From assembly GCF_006345805.1 (NCBI RefSeq), contig NC_043004.1, positions 50,344,001 to 50,408,000 on the forward strand: a DNA stretch of 64,000 nucleotides. The letters run 5' to 3'. This document shows, piece after piece, positions 23,281-35,200 of the stretch (the stretch's first letter is position 1; each line of letters opens with the position of its first letter). This DNA is from Octopus sinensis (Eukaryota). The translations under genes were made by a program, and so were the position numbers. The notes below the pieces were generated by a model that did not search any database, was not told the DNA's origin, and saw only the letters and a program-made list of their open reading frames with translations.

Positions 23281-24839
23281 CTATGTACATATAGTGTATG
23301 CATGAATGTAAGTGAATATACGTGTGTGTGTGTGTGTGTAGTCATTCAGATAACTGTAAAGACATTATATGCTTTGAGCCGAGTGAGGACATGAAATTCC
23401 CTTGTACGAAAATATAAGGACGTAGATAGTGCGTCGATAGACAGCCATGAGACGATGTTTTCTGGGGTTAATTAACAGTAACATTCGTCTTAATCAGGAC
23501 TGCTACATTATGTTGGCAAATAATCTTTACTTTATATTAAGACGTTGCAATACACGACACGAAGTTGGTGGCGACGCTCTGTTAAACTAATCGGTCTCTA
23601 GCCTACTTTATACATTTATACATACATGCCATGCCCACGCCCACTCACACACAAACACGCACGCACAGCGTTGTGACCAACGCACTCTGTTCTCATTTAA
23701 ACGAAGCGCTCTATATCTCTGATATTCACCATACTGACTAAATTAAGAAAACCCCGCTATTTTTAACCCCCCACCCACCCACCCCCATCCCCGGAATGTC
23801 ACTGCTATTATTATTATTATTACTATGATGCAGCACGAAGTTTTTTGTCTGTGAACAGGTCGCGGTTTCAAAGCGACGAATATATATTTTGACACAAATC
23901 AAATTTAAATGTTGAAGTGAATCCGACGGTTTTTCTTTTCTTTGTGTGTGTGTGTTCTTAAAATGCTTGCAGACATCTTCCACGCTGCAATTGTTTTTGT
24001 TTCAAGCACACGATCTCAGATCAACTCACTTGCTATGAAAAGGTACACCTCCGTAATTATTATGTCGCTTCTTCACATTCTCATACCCAAGCTAAAGTGA
24101 CATTGCTCTACTTTTTAAACCGGCAGCAACTTTTGTCGAAGTTTTTGCTTTGACTTCTGAAGTCATTTGTAATTAATTAACCGTTAACAGTAAAGTTGGT
24201 TAATTAATAGAAAAGTTAAAGCAAAGCAAAGCAAAGCAAATTACAGAAACTACAAAAAAGGAAACGAAGTGACAAACTTAAGCGAACTAGAGAGACATAG
24301 AGAGAGGGGGAGAGAAAAAACATAGAGTAGATGTGGTGGGGAAAGAGAGTGAGAGGCAGAGGTGACGGAGGAGCATGAAGTGAAAGAGAGAGGGGGAGTA
24401 AAAGAGTGCGCGTGCTAGAGTGTGCTACAAGTTAGAAACAGTGCCACTATACATGTATGTAGGATAACTTTTAGTTGAGGTAAGTGTATATATAATATTT
24501 ACGTATTTACATATACAATATTTATATGCATACATATGATCATGTATGTATATAATTATATGTGTCTGTATAAATGCATATATATATATATATATATATA
24601 ATGTGTATTTACATCTATCTATCTATCTGCCTGTCTATAATGGATCTCCGTCAGTTTCGATGGACGATGAGTAATTACACTTTTTCAATCAATGCATGGG
24701 TTTACTCGTCGAATTAGCGTACAAGTGGCTGGGTATTCCACAGACTTTACTGTACTCCCCCCCCCAAGCCTGATGTCACACAGTTTGGGTCCACACGGCA
24801 CAATGATATTACACATGTACGAGGGGGGGGGAGGTGCGA

Positions 24840-25021
24840 AAATACAGGAGGATCCGATCAGTTAATTATGTTTTAATTGAATACATTGCTCTAAGATTCA
24901 CATACCTACTGCAGCGACCCTTCAGTTTTCTAAGCCCTGTTAAAGAACTCGGAAGATTGGGCCTCCAACTAGGCCTTTCGCGACACTTCTTAAGCCAGGA
25001 ACTTTTCAGCAACCCCTCGTA
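24840..25021 (-). mobile_element. Short mariner derivative, same family as 21226-21395
   Basis: Reverse complement begins tacgaggggttgctgaaaagttcctggc...gtgtcgcgaaaggcctagttggaggccc. Confidence 0.6.
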
Positions 25022-25705
25022 ATGTTCAACCCTGGGCCAAATCTGTAGACTTATGATCAAGAGCATTCCAGCCTTGACCAACCTGTCTACATTGTTTCAG
25101 GATTGCATTATCTATTGTAATCCTCTTTAAAATGTTAGGGTAAAATTTTACCAATGTTACAGTATGATAGTAGAGGGTAATTTGACTGCTATTTCTAGCA
25201 GATCGAGTTTACTGAGTAGAGGCTTTTACGCTGGCTCATATATATATACAAGTTGTTTGTGTACGTGGACTTATGTATTGATAATCTATTGGTCTTTTAA
25301 TATTATTAACCATGTATCTCAATATATTAATCTAAATATCTATTTACATGTATTTACTCATGTATATATATGTACATGTGCGTAAAATTAAGTAGGTTAA
25401 TATATATATACAACATAGCCAGTTATGTTTGTGTGTCTGTGTGTAAAATATATATATATAGTAGATAGACCGACAGATAGACCCAGCGAAAGAAGCCAGG
25501 GTGAAATAGGCAGTGAGAGACAGAGATAGACAGGCGGATCAATAAACGGGATCGAAGGACAGATCAATTACTAGTTGAGAAGATCTTGAGACCAGTGCTC
25601 TTTTATTCTTTTTGTTTTCCGTACAAGATTGTAGTCTATTGAATTTAACCTTAGTATATTACTGTTACACATTTATCAGTCACTATTGGATTAAAAAAAG
25701 AAAAA

Positions 25706-25753
<48 letters not shown>

Positions 25754-26138
25754 GTCCACAGTGGGTTTGGTCTCAGGACGAAAGGAAATAAGTTTTATAA
25801 AGTACTTTTTGTATAACAACTGTTTCCCTCAACTTATTCTCCTTGCTAATTACAAGCTTTTTTTTTTTGTTATTTAATTTTCTTTACTGCTTATTATTGC
25901 ATGAGCGAATACTCGGTATCTGGATTGTGTTTGTACTACATTCTTCGCAGTAACGCCTGTTGACTTAAACATCGGGACGGTCGGGAACGAAGGGTGTGAA
26001 TGAAGAGATCGGGATTGAGAGCAACCGAAAAGGAATGAGTGACGATGTACGATAGCAAAAGTTTCACGCACATGTATGCATGTAACCACATTACATTAAA
26101 GTCTACATTTGGGGGTTTTTTTCTGTTTATATATATAT

Positions 26139-26170
<32 letters not shown>

Positions 26171-28669
26171 ATGTATACACACATACCTACACTAGTGTAC
26201 CCACACCGCCCATTTTGTTTTCTCGTAACGTTTTTTAAAAAATAGATACTTTGTAATGAAATCCTCTACAAATTGCCCTTCATTTGTTGTAGATAGCAAT
26301 TATATCGGAATTTAGTGTTTTATATATATATTATATATATATAATATATATATATATATAATATATATATAATATATATATATATAGGGGTGCGCGCGTA
26401 TATATGCATGTGTGTGTGTTTTACCATATTGCATTATATTCCACTCTTGTGTTCTTGTTTTCGATAAAGCAAAACAAACTGTTGTGTGTGTGTAAAAGCA
26501 AAATATTTATCAACGGACTGAAGTTTCTTCGTCGATACTGGTTCCACAAACTATTTTGGTTAAGGCACTATCGATGAAATTTCGAACAGCCACTACTGTG
26601 GTCATTATATATATATATTAAACACACACATCCGAGGCCTTCGTATCTCTGGTTATGACATTTGCTTACGGAAATTCATTTCAAATATGTAGGCCCTGGA
26701 CAAGGTTTGGCAGAACCGCAGTGTCCCCATGCATGCTAGTATCTCCTTCCCTTCCACTCCACTGATATTATCTGAGGGGAATTTATTTAGTTACACCTTT
26801 TCAATGCTTGTCATTTCACAATCTCATCGACGACGCATTTTGTCTATCTTTTTTCCGGGACGAATTGTTGATAAAAACATACAGCAGATTTGGTGCTGGA
26901 GACGAGAGATTGATTTCACCAAAACCGAAGGAAAAAAATTGTTTGAAACTGTTAATAACTTTTGAACTGGCAGAATCATTGGAGTGTATTTGTTCTGGTT
27001 ACGAGTTCAAATTCCGCTGAGATTATCTTTGTCTAGTGTCCATGCAATCAACTAGCCCCGCCTTCTCTCAAAAGTCACTGGCCTTAGAAATAACGGCATC
27101 CCTGTAGAATAGAGTCGGAAATTATTTAGTGCACTATGATTTCTTCGGATCTGCACGTTTTAAGTATCGTAGGTTGCAAATCTGCAAAACACACACACAT
27201 ACACACATACATACATACGTACATACATGTATGTATGTATGTATAAGAAGAAAATGGAAAGTTTTAACAGATAAACATAAATTTATTAACATATCGTCAT
27301 TTCTCTAATATATATTATTGGTGGGGGTGGGGTTCTGTAAATTTTCAGTTTTAACTTTCTTTCGAAAACTCTTACGGATTTGTGTTACAATTAATTCTGA
27401 AATATCATAATCTGAGATGTTTAAAATATAGAATAGAAAGAAAGAAAAAATTCGAAGCAAAATTAAAATTGAAAAAAAAAATCAAGTAGGAAGGATGTTT
27501 TGCTTTCCTGCAAATGTGTTTTGTAATCTGTCGTGCTTAAAACATACAAATCCGAAAAAATTACGTTTTTAGCGCACTCGATAATTTCTGACTATTGTAA
27601 AGGAATACCGAAACCTCTCTGTTATATTTTCTTTGCAACTCTGCTCGTCTTGCTAGAAACAACAACAAAACTCGCGCAAATTACACCATACTATCTTCGA
27701 AAAGAAAGAAATAAAGTTGGATGAGGACATATTAGATAATATAGTCCTAGATACACTATATGTAAGAAAATAGACAGGAGTGTCACGGTTTGGAAAGCCT
27801 TTTGGTCTTCTCAATTCGAACTGATCAGGGGCTGACAACAACTACGTCAATGAAAGTGAATTGTTGATGTTCTCTCTGTTTCTATCTCTTTTTGACTTTG
27901 TCTTTGGGTGATCGCACATTACATTCCTGGCAAATAACATCTGTCAAAGATCCTCTCTTCACGTTTCCACATTCTTTATAATCACAGGTATTATGTCATA
28001 AAGGATTAAATAATATTTTTTTTTTAATATATTTATTGAAGGTAAGTGCTGCAGGTGAGAGGGTTCGCTTTCATGCAACAACCAATGTAATATATATAAA
28101 TAACATTAAAGGTGACTCACTAATTAATAGTTAGTCGTGCTGATTAGTGACATCAATTATGGTGCTGGACTTCGGTACTTACATGTCTAAAAATACATAA
28201 TCTTCCTTGTTTATTTTAGAACATGTCTGTGTGTATATGTAACTTTGAATTTTACATATCACTTGACATGCTTTTACTATCGATCTATCAACCCTCCCCA
28301 GTTATTCTTCCCCTTCTCTCTTTCACTCTTTAATTTGCTTTGCGGGAAGGATTGTTTCAACGGAGTTGCGTCTTGTCCTTACTTCGTAACGCGGAGTAAT
28401 GAAACAGGGACAACTGAAGAAGGGGAATATTCTTTATGTTGTATGTCTCGTTTCTCGAGTTTTTTTTTTTCGTTGTTTGAAAAAAAGTTCGTTTCTATGT
28501 TTTTGATTTTATGTTTTCGTTTCTCATTGTGTCAACGTTTTTTTTTTATATATCCTGTACCCATATATGCATGTATATATACATATATATGAAGGTATGT
28601 ACATATGTGTATATGTATATATTTATATTATTATATGTATGTATATATGTATATATATATATATGTATA

Positions 28670-28968
28670 TCACCGTGACCAACCAGGCTATCAGATGTTG
28701 CTACACATCGCTGGTCACAATGCGCTTCGCATTGTTTTAGCCTTCAAATGATGCCACCCCACTGGCTAAGCGTGCAGGCCAACAGAAGAAAGAGTGAGCA
28801 GTTGTGGCGAAAGAGTACAGCAGGGATCGCCACAACCCCCTGCTGGAGCCTCGTGGAGCTTTAGGTGTTTTCGCTCAATAAACACTCACAACGCCCGGTC
28901 TGGGAATCGGAACCGCGATCCTACGACCGCGAGTCCGCTGCTCTAGCCACCGGGCCATTGCACCTCCA
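28670..28968 (-). mobile_element. SINE family D2: same head as D1, different 3' body
   Basis: 28800-28968 matches 23110-23280, while 28670-28790 is unrelated to the D1 body. Confidence 0.8.
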
Positions 28969-28970
28969 TA

Positions 28971-29022
<52 letters not shown>

Positions 29023-29476
29023 CAGCAAACAATTTAGATTCAAATGAATATGGTACTTAATTTAGATGCACCAGAATTTTTTATGGTATTATCCATAAAA
29101 ATATGCGGGGTGATTATAATAAAAAATAAGCAACAAGAATGGATCCGGTAATTTAGTACAATTGTTTCATACTATAACATTTTATTAAAAGCTGTAAATA
29201 TTACAGCAGATATAATATATCAAGTAATCTTCAGCTAATTTCATATAGGTTTTCCAATAATATAAAATTCTCAAATCAATTAGTAACATCCTAGAGAAGG
29301 TAAATATACAGATAAAGATGTTGATATGAATTTCAGGAACATGAGATAGTAATGTTAGGATGCCAAACAGACCAAAATTAAGTTCGCAACTAACTGCTGT
29401 AAGAAAAATTTCCTTAGTTATAAGAATGATGGTAAGGGCAGGTTAAGGATTCAAGTTAATTGAAGAAAAGATATAT

Positions 29477-29509
<33 letters not shown>

Positions 29510-29968
29510 GTATATATGAAAGAAGGTTTGAAAATACAATTTTAAAAGATGTTTATTTACTTGACCGGTTTCACTTTTTTAGAAAAAAATTGAATTCTTT
29601 TAGGATGCTTTGGTTCAATAAGTTTTCTGCTTGTTGTGACTTAGGTGGCATTTTCGGGACTCGTGTGGTGTTTACATATAAGAAAGTGACGTTGTAAGGT
29701 ACCGCACGAGTAGAATTATATATGAAAGAAGGTTTGGTACCTTACAACTTCACTTTGTTATTTATATATATATATATATTATATATATGTGTGTGTGTAT
29801 ATATATATATATATATGTGTATATGTATATATGTACATATATATATGTATATATATGTGTGTGTGTATATATATATATGTGTATATGTATATATATACAT
29901 ATATATATGTATATATATGTGTATATGTATATAGATGTGTGTGTATATATATATATGTATGTATATAG

Positions 29969-30002
<34 letters not shown>

Positions 30003-30006
<4 letters not shown>

Positions 30007-30232
30007 GTTGTATGGAACCTACACTCGCCTCCTTATGAGAGCTCAAAATCTCTCGTGGAAGCGCCATCCAACCAAAATGCAAATACATGGGAAACTACCA
30101 CCTGTGTCATCTCTTGTGAAAGGTAGGAGAGTCCAGTTTGCTGGACATTGTTGTAGAGCTGAAAAAGAGGTAATTTCTACTTTTCTCTTCTGGAAGCCAT
30201 CTACTCGCAATACCAGAGGGCGCACACTCTCT
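30003..30232 (+). pseudogene. RTE-X/RTE-like LINE C-terminal fragment
   Basis: [75 protein letters not shown]. Confidence 0.75.
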
Positions 30233-30244
30233 TCGCTCTTTTAC

Positions 30245-30830
30245 GCCATTTGGGCTCAACTCTCCCCCCCTTTTCATCTAACCTCCCCCCCAACTCTACT
30301 TTTCTTCAGTCCTTCATCTTTTCACCCCTACTCTCTTTCCCTCCTCTTCCCTTCTCTCCCGTCTCCCTCCCCCGCTCCCATCCTCCTCCTCTCCCTCCAC
30401 CTCCTCCTCCTCTACCTACCTCTCCTCCTCTCCCTACCACTCTCCTCCTCTCTGCCTCTCCCCTCCTCCTTCTCCCCCTCTCCTTCTCTCTCTACCACTC
30501 CCCTCCTCTCTGCGCCCCCTCCTCTTTCCCCTCCCCTCTCACTCTCCCCACAACCCCCACTCTAGCCAAACCCACACCCCACCTGGGCTTCCCCCTCCCC
30601 ACAACATCACACCACACTCCACTACACCATACAACATTACACATCACATCACAACGCAGCACACCGCCCACACACCCATCCCCACATCTTTACACCAACA
30701 TACACATATCACATCACAACACACCACCCACATACCCATCTCCACACCCACACATACATACATACACACGTCCAGACCACCAGCCATCTTTCACACGCTC
30801 ATACATACTCTCTTATACACACACGCACCT
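30245..30830. repeat. C/T-rich then C/A-rich low-complexity tract
   Basis: Almost no G on the plus strand. The Pro/Ser/Leu ORFs here are compositional. Confidence 0.8.
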
Positions 30831-30995
30831 TTGTGTTGGTGACACCTTAGTTTTGGAAGTCACTTGACCCTGTTATCTCCCCTATTGTCCCTCTAGCGTC
30901 TGACCTCTGACCTCTGCCTGAAGTCAGAACGCCATGATAGATCGTTAGTTCCTACACGCATTTTTTTCTCTCTCCTTGTTTTTTTTCTGTGTAGC

Positions 30996-31029
30996 TTTCT
31001 GTCGAAGAGCATAGGCTCGAAACGTAAAA
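30996..31029 (+). ncRNA. Hammerhead-like motif with variant core (CUGUCGA)
   Basis: TTT-CTGTCGA-A-GAGCatagGCTC-GAAA-CG-TA-AAA. A family copy lies on the minus strand at 52200-52235. Confidence 0.5.
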
Positions 31030-31044
31030 ATATGTATATAAATA

Positions 31045-32185
31045 TTGGGTTGTCCGGAAAGTTTGTGGCAATTTTTAAAGGGAAGAAAGAGGTCAATAAA
31101 TACTTGCCATTACATTTTTAATCAACCAAATATGAACCTCCATCTTTCCTTTAACTTGAAAATACCCTTTTCCCAGAATTGAGGTGGTTTCATGGCAAAG
31201 AATTCATCAAGGTATCTTTTTACGTTATCCAAGGAATTGAAATTTTCACCATTAAGACTATTCTGCAGAGATCTGAATAAAAGTTGGAAATCCAAAGGAG
31301 CAATATCTGGTGGATATGGAGGGTGGGGTAACACATCCCAGCCAAGCTGCAGCTATTTTTTGTCTGGTTCCCAAAGAAACATGCGGTTTTGCATTATCAT
31401 GTTGGAAATCAACACCCTTCCTGTTTTTAACTTATCCAGTTGTGTGCAGTATTTCTCAGAATTAATTGTCTGGCTACTTGGGAGAAACTCATAGTACAGA
31501 ATTCCTTTCCAATCCCACCATCACAAAGCAAGATTTTTTTAGAGTGAAGACCCGCTTTTGGGGTGGTGCAGAGTGGCTCATGTCACTTACTCCAGTATCA
31601 CTTTCTCTGAACATTTCAGTAGATAATCCATTTCTCATCACTCAACTCATGTGGTACCCAAACATAGTAGCACTTTGTGTACCCAAGCTTTACCAGGTGC
31701 TCATGAATGATGGATATTGATAAGTTGAGGCTTTCTGCCAATTCTCAGGTTGTGCAATGTGGGTTATTCTCAGTTAATGACTTGATTTGCTCATCATCTA
31801 TAGTGGATGGTCTGCCTGATCGCTCTTTATCAATAAGGCTACAATCTCCAGCTTGGAACTTCACAAACCACTTCCATACAGTTCTTTCGGATAAAGACAC
31901 ATCACCGTAAACTGCGCATATTTCTTTGGTTGCTTGTGAGGCATTTTTCCCTTTACGGAAAAAGAAAAGCATCAAGTGCCGAAAATGAACTTTCTTATCT
32001 TCCATTTTAAAGGGTTACAGAATTAACACAGGTTATAGAAAATAAACCTTTTTCATGAAAAGATAGCTTAAATTGTGCTCAACGTTTAATGGAGGGTAGT
32101 CAAATCCTATTTATGGACTCAACCATGTTCTAAAATAAGTCGAAATGTAAGCTACTATAAACGGCACGAATTTCCAGACAACCCA
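31045..32185 (-). mobile_element. Mariner element with both TIRs, decayed transposase
   Basis: TIRs TA|ttgggttgtccggaaag and ...tttccagacaaccca|TA. MEDKKVHFRHLMLFFFRKGKNASQATKEICAVYG...RSGRP and PHPPYPPDIAPLDF. Confidence 0.92.
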
Positions 32186-32231
32186 TATAATATATATATA
32201 CATACATACATACACACCACAATATATATAT

Positions 32232-35200
32232 GTCTTCTTTTTTCTTTTTCCTCCTCTTCTTCTTCATATGCTAAAACTTGAAAACCGCCATTACTATTAC
32301 TATTACGATTCTGCAATTTAAATTCCCAGTTCAACTACTTTCTTCTTCAATTTCAACTCCCGCTCGATGACCGCAGCAAGTTCTTAAAAATTTATTACTA
32401 TATTTTTTATTCGTTGTTAATACGTTTATTCATACACTGTTACGAAAATTAACCTTTTTTAAGATACTTTCAAGCCTTCGCCATAACTTGATTTATCTTC
32501 CTATCTCTCTCTCTACAATATTTAACCGCAGGCTGCCTCAAGCCGTAATCCCATCTTTTTCCCATCTTTCAGTCATTGGCGGTCTTCTTTTTTTTTTCCT
32601 CCTCTTCTTCTTCATATGCTAAAACTTGAAAACCGCCATTACTATTACTATTACGATTCTGCAATTTAAATTCCCAGTTCAACTACTTTCTTCTTCAATT
32701 TCAACTCCCGCTCGATGACCGCAGCAAGTTCTTAAAAAATTTATCTTACTATATTTTTTATTCGTTGTTAATACGTTTATTCATACACTGTTACGAAAAT
32801 TTAACCTTTTTTAAGATACTTTCAAGCCTTCGCCATAACTTGATTTATCTTCCTATCTCTCTCTCTACAATATTTAACCGCAGGCTGCCTCAAGCCGTAA
32901 TCCCATCTTTTTCCCATCTTTCAGTCATTGGCGGTTCTTTTTTCTTTTTCCTCCTCTTCTTCTTCATATGCTAAAACTTGAAAACCGCCATTACTATTAC
33001 TATTACGATTCTGCAATTTAAATTCCCAGTTCAACTACTTTCTTCTTCAATTTCAACTCCCGCTCGATGACCGCAGCAAGTCTTTAAAAAATTTATCTTA
33101 CTATATTTTTTATTCGTTGTTAATACGTTTATTCATACACTGTTACGAAAATTTAACCTTTTTTAAGATACTTTCAAGCCTTCGCCATAACTTGATTTAT
33201 CTTCCTATCTCTCTCTCTACAATATTTAACCGCAGGCTGCCTCAAGCCGTAATCCCATCTTTTTCCCATCTTTCAGTCATTGGCGGTCTTCTTTTTTTCT
33301 TTTTCCTCCTCTTCTTCTTCATATGCTAAAACTTGAAAACCGCCATTACTATTACTATTACGATTCTGCAATTTAAATTCCCAGTTCAACTACTTTCTTC
33401 TTCAATTTCAACTCCCGCTCGATGACCGCAGCAAGTTCTTAAAAAATTTATCTTACTATATTTTTTATTCGTTGTTAATACGTTTATTCATACACTGTTA
33501 CGAAAATTTAACCTTTTTTTAAGATACTTTCAAGCCTTCGCCATAACTTGATTTATCTTCCTATCTCTCTCTCTACAATATTTAACCGCAGGCTGCCTCA
33601 AGCCGTAATCCCATCTTTTTCCCATCTTTCAGTCATTGGCGGTCTTCTTTTTTCTTTTTCCTCCTCTTCTTCTTCATATGCTAAAACTTGAAAACCGCCA
33701 TTACTATTACTATTACGATTCTGCAATTTAAATTCCCAGTTCAACTACTTTCTTCTTCAATTTCAACTCCCGCTCGATGACCGCAGCAAGTTCTTAAAAA
33801 ATTTATCTTACTATATTTTTTATTCGTTGTTAATACGTTTATTCATACACTGTTACGAAAATTTAACCTTTTTTAAGATACTTTCAAGCCTTCGCCATAA
33901 CTTGATTTATTCCTATCTCTCTCTCTACAATATTTAACCGCAGGCTGCCTCAAGCCGTAATCCCATCTTTTTCCCATCTTTCAGTCATTGGCGGTCTTTT
34001 TTTTCTTTTTCCTCCTCCTTCTTCATATGCTAAAACTTGAAAACCGCCATTACTATTACTATTACGATTCTGCAATTTAAATTCCCAGTTCAACTACTTT
34101 CTTCTTCAATTTCAACTCCCGCTCGATGACCGCAGCAAGTTCTTAAAAAATTTATCTTACTATTTTTTATTCGTTGTTAATACGTTTATTCATACACTGT
34201 TACGAAAATTTAACCTTTTTTAAGATACTTTCAAGCCTTCGCCATAACTTGATTTATCTTCCTATCTCTCTCTCTACAATATTTAACCGCAGGCTGCCTC
34301 AAGCCGTAATCCCATCTTTTTCCCATCTTTCAGTCATTGGCGGTCTTCTTTTTTTCTTTTTCCTCCTCTTCTTCTTCATATGCTAAAACTTGAAAACCGC
34401 CATTACTATTACTATTACGATTCTGCAATTTAAATTCCCAGTTCAACTACTTTCTTCTTCAATTTCAACTCCCGCTCGATGACCGCAGCAAGTTCTTAAA
34501 AAATTTATCTTACTATTTTTTATTCGTTGTTAATACGTTTATTCATACACTGTTACGAAAATTTAACCTTTTTTAAGATACTTTCAAGCCTTCGCCATAA
34601 CTTGATTTATCTTCCTATCTCTCTCTCTACAATATTTAACCGCAGGCTGCCTCAAGCCGTAATCCCATCTTTTTCCCATCTTTCAGTCATTGGCGGTCTT
34701 CTTTTTCTTTTTCCTCCTCTTCTTCTTCATATGCTAAAACTTGAAAACCGCCATTACTATTACTATTACGATTCTGCAATTTAAATTCCCAGTTCAACTA
34801 CTTTCTTCTTCAATTTCAACTCCCGCTCGATGACCGCAGCAAGTTCTTAAAAAATTTATCTTACTATATTTTTTATTCGTTGTTAATACGTTTATTCATA
34901 CACTGTTACGAAAATTTAACCTTTTTTAAGATACTTTCAAGCCTTCGCCATAACTTGATTTATCTTCCTATCTCTCTCTCTACAATATTTAACCGCAGGC
35001 TGCCTCAAGCCGTAATCCCATCTTTTTCCATCTTTCAGTCATTGGCGGTCTTCTTTTTCTTTTTCCTCCTCTTCTTCTTCATATGCTAAAACTTGAAAAC
35101 CGCCATTACTATTACTATTACGATTCTGCAATTTAAATTCCCAGTTCAACTACTTTCTTCTTCAATTTCAACTCCCGCTCGATGACCGCAGCAAGTTCTT

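Noticed and set aside
23973-24042. Possible 70-nt exon (ttgcag|...aag|gtacac)
   Set aside because: Splice-like motifs alone are common. There is no recognisable protein and no partner exons.
27716-27835. Two hammerhead-like remnants (ggatgaGGAC...GTCCtaga on +; ctgatca...ccaaaccgtgac on -)
   Set aside because: Multiple core positions are non-canonical. They are at most decayed relics.
30245-30330. Resemblance of the C/T-rich tract to the 352-bp unit
   Set aside because: The short matches are explainable by shared pyrimidine composition, and no colinear landmarks are present.
29969-30867. 198-aa and 205-aa Pro/Ser/Leu/His-rich ORFs
   Set aside because: They are low-complexity translations. 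Only the 30003-30232 part is real, and it is LINE-derived.
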